Shown here: positions 60,889-64,000 of the stretch, piece by piece
Layout: every line of letters begins with the position of its first letter
Position numbering within the stretch: the first letter of the stretch is position 1
Virus record (IMG/VR): IMGVR_UViG_3300028592_000004
Location: 1-64,000 of that record
Length of the DNA: 64,000 nt
Reading direction: 5' to 3' (one strand)
The notes under the pieces: model-generated
What the model was told of the DNA's origin: nothing
Databases searched by the model: none
What the model saw: only the letters and a program-made list of their open reading frames with translations
Position numbers and translations under genes: made by a program

Positions 60889-61842
60889 TCACTGAGAGGA
60901 GCACTGAATGCAGACACCCGATTCGGCGTCCGCGGGATCAAAGACCGACATCTTTTCGCAGCGGAAGCACTTCCGCTTGATGAAGGTCTTGGGGTGTGTC
61001 GCAACCGGACATTTGTCGTATCCGATCGCACAATGGTGGCACGGGTGATGAAACCCCTTCGGACATTTGAACCCCTGCCGCTTACGTTTCGCCAGCAGCT
61101 TGTGGTTAAACCCCTTGAAGGAAGCCGTTACCCGCAAGTGGAAGAAGGTCAGCCGATCTGCGCAGTGCTCCGTGGAGAAGAACACATAGAGCCGCATCAG
61201 CGTGAGTTGACGCACGTCCGCAAACCGTACTGCCTTCTTGCCTTTGTTGTAGGGCGAGGAGAAGCCTAGTGCCTGCGCGTAGAACTTGCACTGCTTGCGA
61301 GTCCAGAACTTGTCGAACATCTGGCCGGCCGGAGCACCAGCCAGGACGCAGAACGTGACCCAAGCCCCGGGCTCTCCCTTCCGATTGGTCGCCTTCCGCA
61401 CATTCGTGATCTGGACCGGGCACCACTCGTCAGAGCGTTGCTTCCGCCAGGCTCGCACAGGACGGCCCTTCTTGAGCAGCCGCAGGTTCCCAGCCAGGGT
61501 CCAGCTGTAGTCCCTGAGAAACGCATCCGTCAGGGTGACCCCAACGAGCGAACGCAGAGTCTCGAACCAGACACTGGCCGGTACGTCCTTGATCAGCTTG
61601 TCGAGCCGCTGGCCGAGAGCCGGAATGTCCTCGATCCCGAACTCAAACTCCTCGAAGCCGTGGAAGGCCTCGTGGTAGATCAAACGACGCAGTTCGAAGA
61701 CCCGCTTCAGCGACGTCGAGTAGAACTCAACGCTTGGAGCTCTTCTTCGTTGCTTTTGGTCGGCCCGCTGCCTTTCCGCCTCTTGCTGTTCGCGCCGGAC
61801 GAGTCGCTCGTCCTTCCTCCCACCGGAACTCGACATTGCCAT
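60889..61842 (-). CDS. Hypothetical protein with C-terminal Cys/His zinc cluster
   Basis: CPKGFHHPCHHC...CPVATH...CFRC...CIQC. Confidence 0.65.
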   Translation of the reverse strand: MAMSSSGGRKDERLVRREQQEAERQRADQKQRRRAPSVEFYSTSLKRVFELRRLIYHEAFHGFEEFEFGIEDIPALGQRLDKLIKDVPASVWFETLRSLVGVTLTDAFLRDYSWTLAGNLRLLKKGRPVRAWRKQRSDEWCPVQITNVRKATNRKGEPGAWVTFCVLAGAPAGQMFDKFWTRKQCKFYAQALGFSSPYNKGKKAVRFADVRQLTLMRLYVFFSTEHCADRLTFFHLRVTASFKGFNHKLLAKRKRQGFKCPKGFHHPCHHCAIGYDKCPVATHPKTFIKRKCFRCEKMSVFDPADAESGVCIQCSSQ

Positions 61843-61909
61843 CTCGCTTGCAGACGTACTCGCCGGGCGGAATCTCCCTGTTGCACCGGTTGCAGATTTT
61901 AACCTTCAT
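61727..61909 (-). CDS. Small zinc-ribbon basic protein
   Basis: ICNRCN...YVC. Confidence 0.45.
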   Translation of the reverse strand: MKVKICNRCNREIPPGEYVCKRDGNVEFRWEEGRATRPARTARGGKAAGRPKATKKSSKR

Positions 61910-62348
61910 CGAGCAATCCTGCCTGGAGGGCTGCCTGCGCCTCCGCTGCGGTCATCCAGATCGTCTCCACGCCTGGCTTGACCATGACAACGTCCTCGTC
62001 CTTGCGGCCGAAGATCGCGAACTCCAGACGCGGATCAACAGCGATCAGTTCGCCATCGACTGGAATCGCTGCACCAGACTTCGGCGCGCCGTACAGAGAC
62101 TTGACCATGCGAGCCAGGAAGATCGGCGTCATGCCGAAGTTGATCGCCGTTGCGATTGCATTCGCCGCGGCCTGAACCAGCTGCAGGTCAGCTTCATCGT
62201 CATTTGGCCCGTAGGTGGCAACGACAGCTTCCCTGCCGACTTCACCCTTCTCGTTCGTGTGGACCAGAAGTAGCGTCCGGTAGCCTTCGGCCTCCGGTCG
62301 AATCAGGCTCGACCACCCCACCAGGTGCAGATTGGGCTGCTGCCGCAT
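61899..62348 (-). CDS. Hypothetical protein, weak resemblance to RNR C-terminal (TSCPD-type) domain
   Basis: TNEKGEVGREA...AIATAINFGMTP...MVKSL. Confidence 0.45.
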   Translation of the reverse strand: MRQQPNLHLVGWSSLIRPEAEGYRTLLLVHTNEKGEVGREAVVATYGPNDDEADLQLVQAAANAIATAINFGMTPIFLARMVKSLYGAPKSGAAIPVDGELIAVDPRLEFAIFGRKDEDVVMVKPGVETIWMTAAEAQAALQAGLLDEG

Positions 62349-62646
62349 CGATCGCTTCCTTAAAGGCCTGACGCATGTCTGCTGCGGTAGACTCAACGAG
62401 TTCGATTGCCGCGTCGACATCCGCCAAGCATTTCTCTTGAATTCTCACGACGAGATCCTGAGTGGCCGCGTCACTCAGATTTGTAATGCGAATCGAAGTG
62501 CCGCCAACGTCGATATCGGCGTACCGACCACTCGCCAGCTTCTTGAGCAAGTCCGGCAAGCGCATGCCGGTTGTGATCGCGACCTCCAGGCGCCGTGCGG
62601 CAGAACACACGCTCTCCTGATGGACTTTGATGGATCGAATGTTCAT
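62242..62646 (-). CDS. Hypothetical protein
   Basis: ATGA overlap. Confidence 0.55.
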   Translation of the reverse strand: MNIRSIKVHQESVCSAARRLEVAITTGMRLPDLLKKLASGRYADIDVGGTSIRITNLSDAATQDLVVRIQEKCLADVDAAIELVESTAADMRQAFKEAIDAAAAQSAPGGVVEPDSTGGRRLPDATSGPHEREG

Positions 62647-63023
62647 TTCTTAAACGCGAACCCCAGGTAGAACCGGAAACGACCATCGCTGGTCTCTTCG
62701 ATGTCTCCAGAAAGGAAGATGTGGATGTGGTTCGGCTGAACACCAGCCGCCGCAACTTCGAAGGCGAGCTGCAGCGCCAAGGAAGCCGCGTACGCGATCG
62801 CGTGCGTCGGCTTGTTCACCGACAGGTACTCGAACATCTGTGCAACCGCCATCGCTTCCGTGCGACAGTGGGTGATCGACGTCTGGGCATCAGCTTTGAT
62901 CGGCGAAGCGGCGATATACCACGTGTCACCGGGTTTCTTTCGAATGAACCCAGCAGGTGTCTCGCGACGACCAATGGTCGCCACAATGTCCTCAAGCGGA
63001 ATCTCAGAGTGTGTGACTCTCAT
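62643..63023 (-). CDS. Hypothetical protein
   Basis: GAG before MRVTHSE. Confidence 0.55.
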   Translation of the reverse strand: MRVTHSEIPLEDIVATIGRRETPAGFIRKKPGDTWYIAASPIKADAQTSITHCRTEAMAVAQMFEYLSVNKPTHAIAYAASLALQLAFEVAAAGVQPNHIHIFLSGDIEETSDGRFRFYLGFAFKK

Positions 63024-63798
63024 GGTCTCGGAACGGGATGATGGAAGTGACAGGCTGCGGATCGACATGATCCGGGTAAAGACCCAGCGGCCTCTGACTG
63101 GTGCCGCGGCGACTGGCCGAGCTCTCCTTCTCAGGAGCCTCCAATGATGCGTTAAAACCAACGAGGTCGCGATTGATGCCGATCACCGCCGCACAGAGCT
63201 CTCCAACGGCGATGGAAAAAGCAATGTCGCCACCGCAGTGATCCAACTCCTTCCAGGGAAAGCCGAGCCGACGAACGATGTCCATTCGAGCGGCCCAGAA
63301 GGCACCTGGCATGAATCGAATCTTCGGACGTGCCAGGTCTCGACCGTTGTACCACGGCTGGGCGCGAATCCACGCAATCTGCTCTGGACGCAGCTGACGA
63401 TACAGGTACTCCCGACCAAGCAAGCCCACGTGCTCCATCTTGAACAGCGAGTTCAGATGTCGGATCAGAGGTCCAGCCTGGCGAACGAACGAGTCGTCAT
63501 CTGCCCAGATTACGAAGGGTGTGTCGATCGGATGATCGCCGTCAAACATGTACCGCATCAGTGGGTACTTGTGAGCATTTCGTCCGGAGTCGTAGATCTC
63601 TTCCGGCGTGAGTTGCTCAGCTCGGATCAACCCAGACAGGTAAGATCGTGTCGCGCCGCACGCTTCGTTGAGCCCGATACGCAGCTGAGCCCCGAGGAGT
63701 CGCAGCTTCAACAAAGAAGAAACGCACCGTACTGCATAGAGGGTGTTGTCCCCGTACAGTACGGTGCATGCAGTGTAGGCCTGGGCGTTGGGCTCCAT
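63004..63798 (-). CDS. GT-A-fold glycosyltransferase-like protein
   Basis: LRIGLNE, KYPLMR, FVIWADDDSFV, GAFWAAR. Confidence 0.65.
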   Translation of the reverse strand: MEPNAQAYTACTVLYGDNTLYAVRCVSSLLKLRLLGAQLRIGLNEACGATRSYLSGLIRAEQLTPEEIYDSGRNAHKYPLMRYMFDGDHPIDTPFVIWADDDSFVRQAGPLIRHLNSLFKMEHVGLLGREYLYRQLRPEQIAWIRAQPWYNGRDLARPKIRFMPGAFWAARMDIVRRLGFPWKELDHCGGDIAFSIAVGELCAAVIGINRDLVGFNASLEAPEKESSASRRGTSQRPLGLYPDHVDPQPVTSIIPFRDHESHTL

Positions 63799-63989
63799 TA
63801 CCGACGCCGCGCCACTTCCCGACGACCGGCCTTGGTCGCCTTTGCCGGCGCTTCGGCCTTCTCGCCTTCTTCGGCTTCCGCGGCGGGAGCCTCCGCCGGC
63901 TGCTCTTCGGCCTTCTCGTCGACGATCTTGCGACCGGCGTTGATCGCGTCAACGACACGCTCGCGGTCCGCGTCGATCTGCTCGGCCAT
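63798..63989 (-). CDS. Small Ala/Glu-rich protein
   Basis: Stop overlaps next ATG; upstream context truncated. Confidence 0.45.
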   Translation of the reverse strand: MAEQIDADRERVVDAINAGRKIVDEKAEEQPAEAPAAEAEEGEKAEAPAKATKAGRREVARRR

Positions 63990-64000
63990 CTTGTCGAGGT

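Larger units (their letters stand above)
1..64000 (-). mobile_element. Segment of a large tailed-phage or prophage genome
   Basis: Unidirectional dense small ORFs with stop/start overlaps; portal-like, RuvC-like, exonuclease, orphan MTase and NAMPT/PRPS genes; no host housekeeping operons. Confidence 0.85.

Noticed and set aside
1-64000. Stop-codon reassignment (alternative genetic code)
   Set aside because: NAMPT, PRPS, MTase, GTs and portal are uninterrupted in the standard code, and TGA, TAG and TAA all end genes at tight junctions
1-64000. tRNA genes
   Set aside because: TTCGA-containing matches inspected (e.g. near 8188, 30530, 55550) lie inside CDS and lack cloverleaf context

Overview
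A 64-kb, GC-rich segment of a large bacteriophage (or prophage) genome. About 130 tightly packed genes all lie on the minus strand and read in the standard code. No integrase, capsid, terminase, tRNA or CRISPR array was seen. In transcription order (high to low coordinates) there are four regions. (1) 63.9-57.3 kb, DNA metabolism: GT-A protein, MazG-like/GreA-C fusion, DEDDh exonuclease, RuvC-like resolvase and beta-class DNA methyltransferase. (2) 57.3-43.1 kb: unknown genes, a probable portal, four glycosyltransferase genes and two PhyH-like dioxygenases. (3) 42.7-37.5 kb, nucleotide/NAD island: degenerate Mesh1/SpoT HD protein, Ndk, minimal nucleotidyltransferase, and a NAMPT-like plus PRPS-like pair resembling NARP1. 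(4) About 37 kb of small accessory genes: PII with a shortened T-loop, TrmH-family methylase, radical SAM, ParB-like, C39-like peptidase, five Tat-signal proteins and four expanded paralog families. The most striking unexplained signal is a dispersed 20-bp site, TTCAAT-N8-ATTGAA, with a conserved asymmetric spacer (ACCCGCGS). It occurs at seven gene junctions in both orientations, plus one intragenic variant. All functional calls are from motif recognition by eye; no searches were run.
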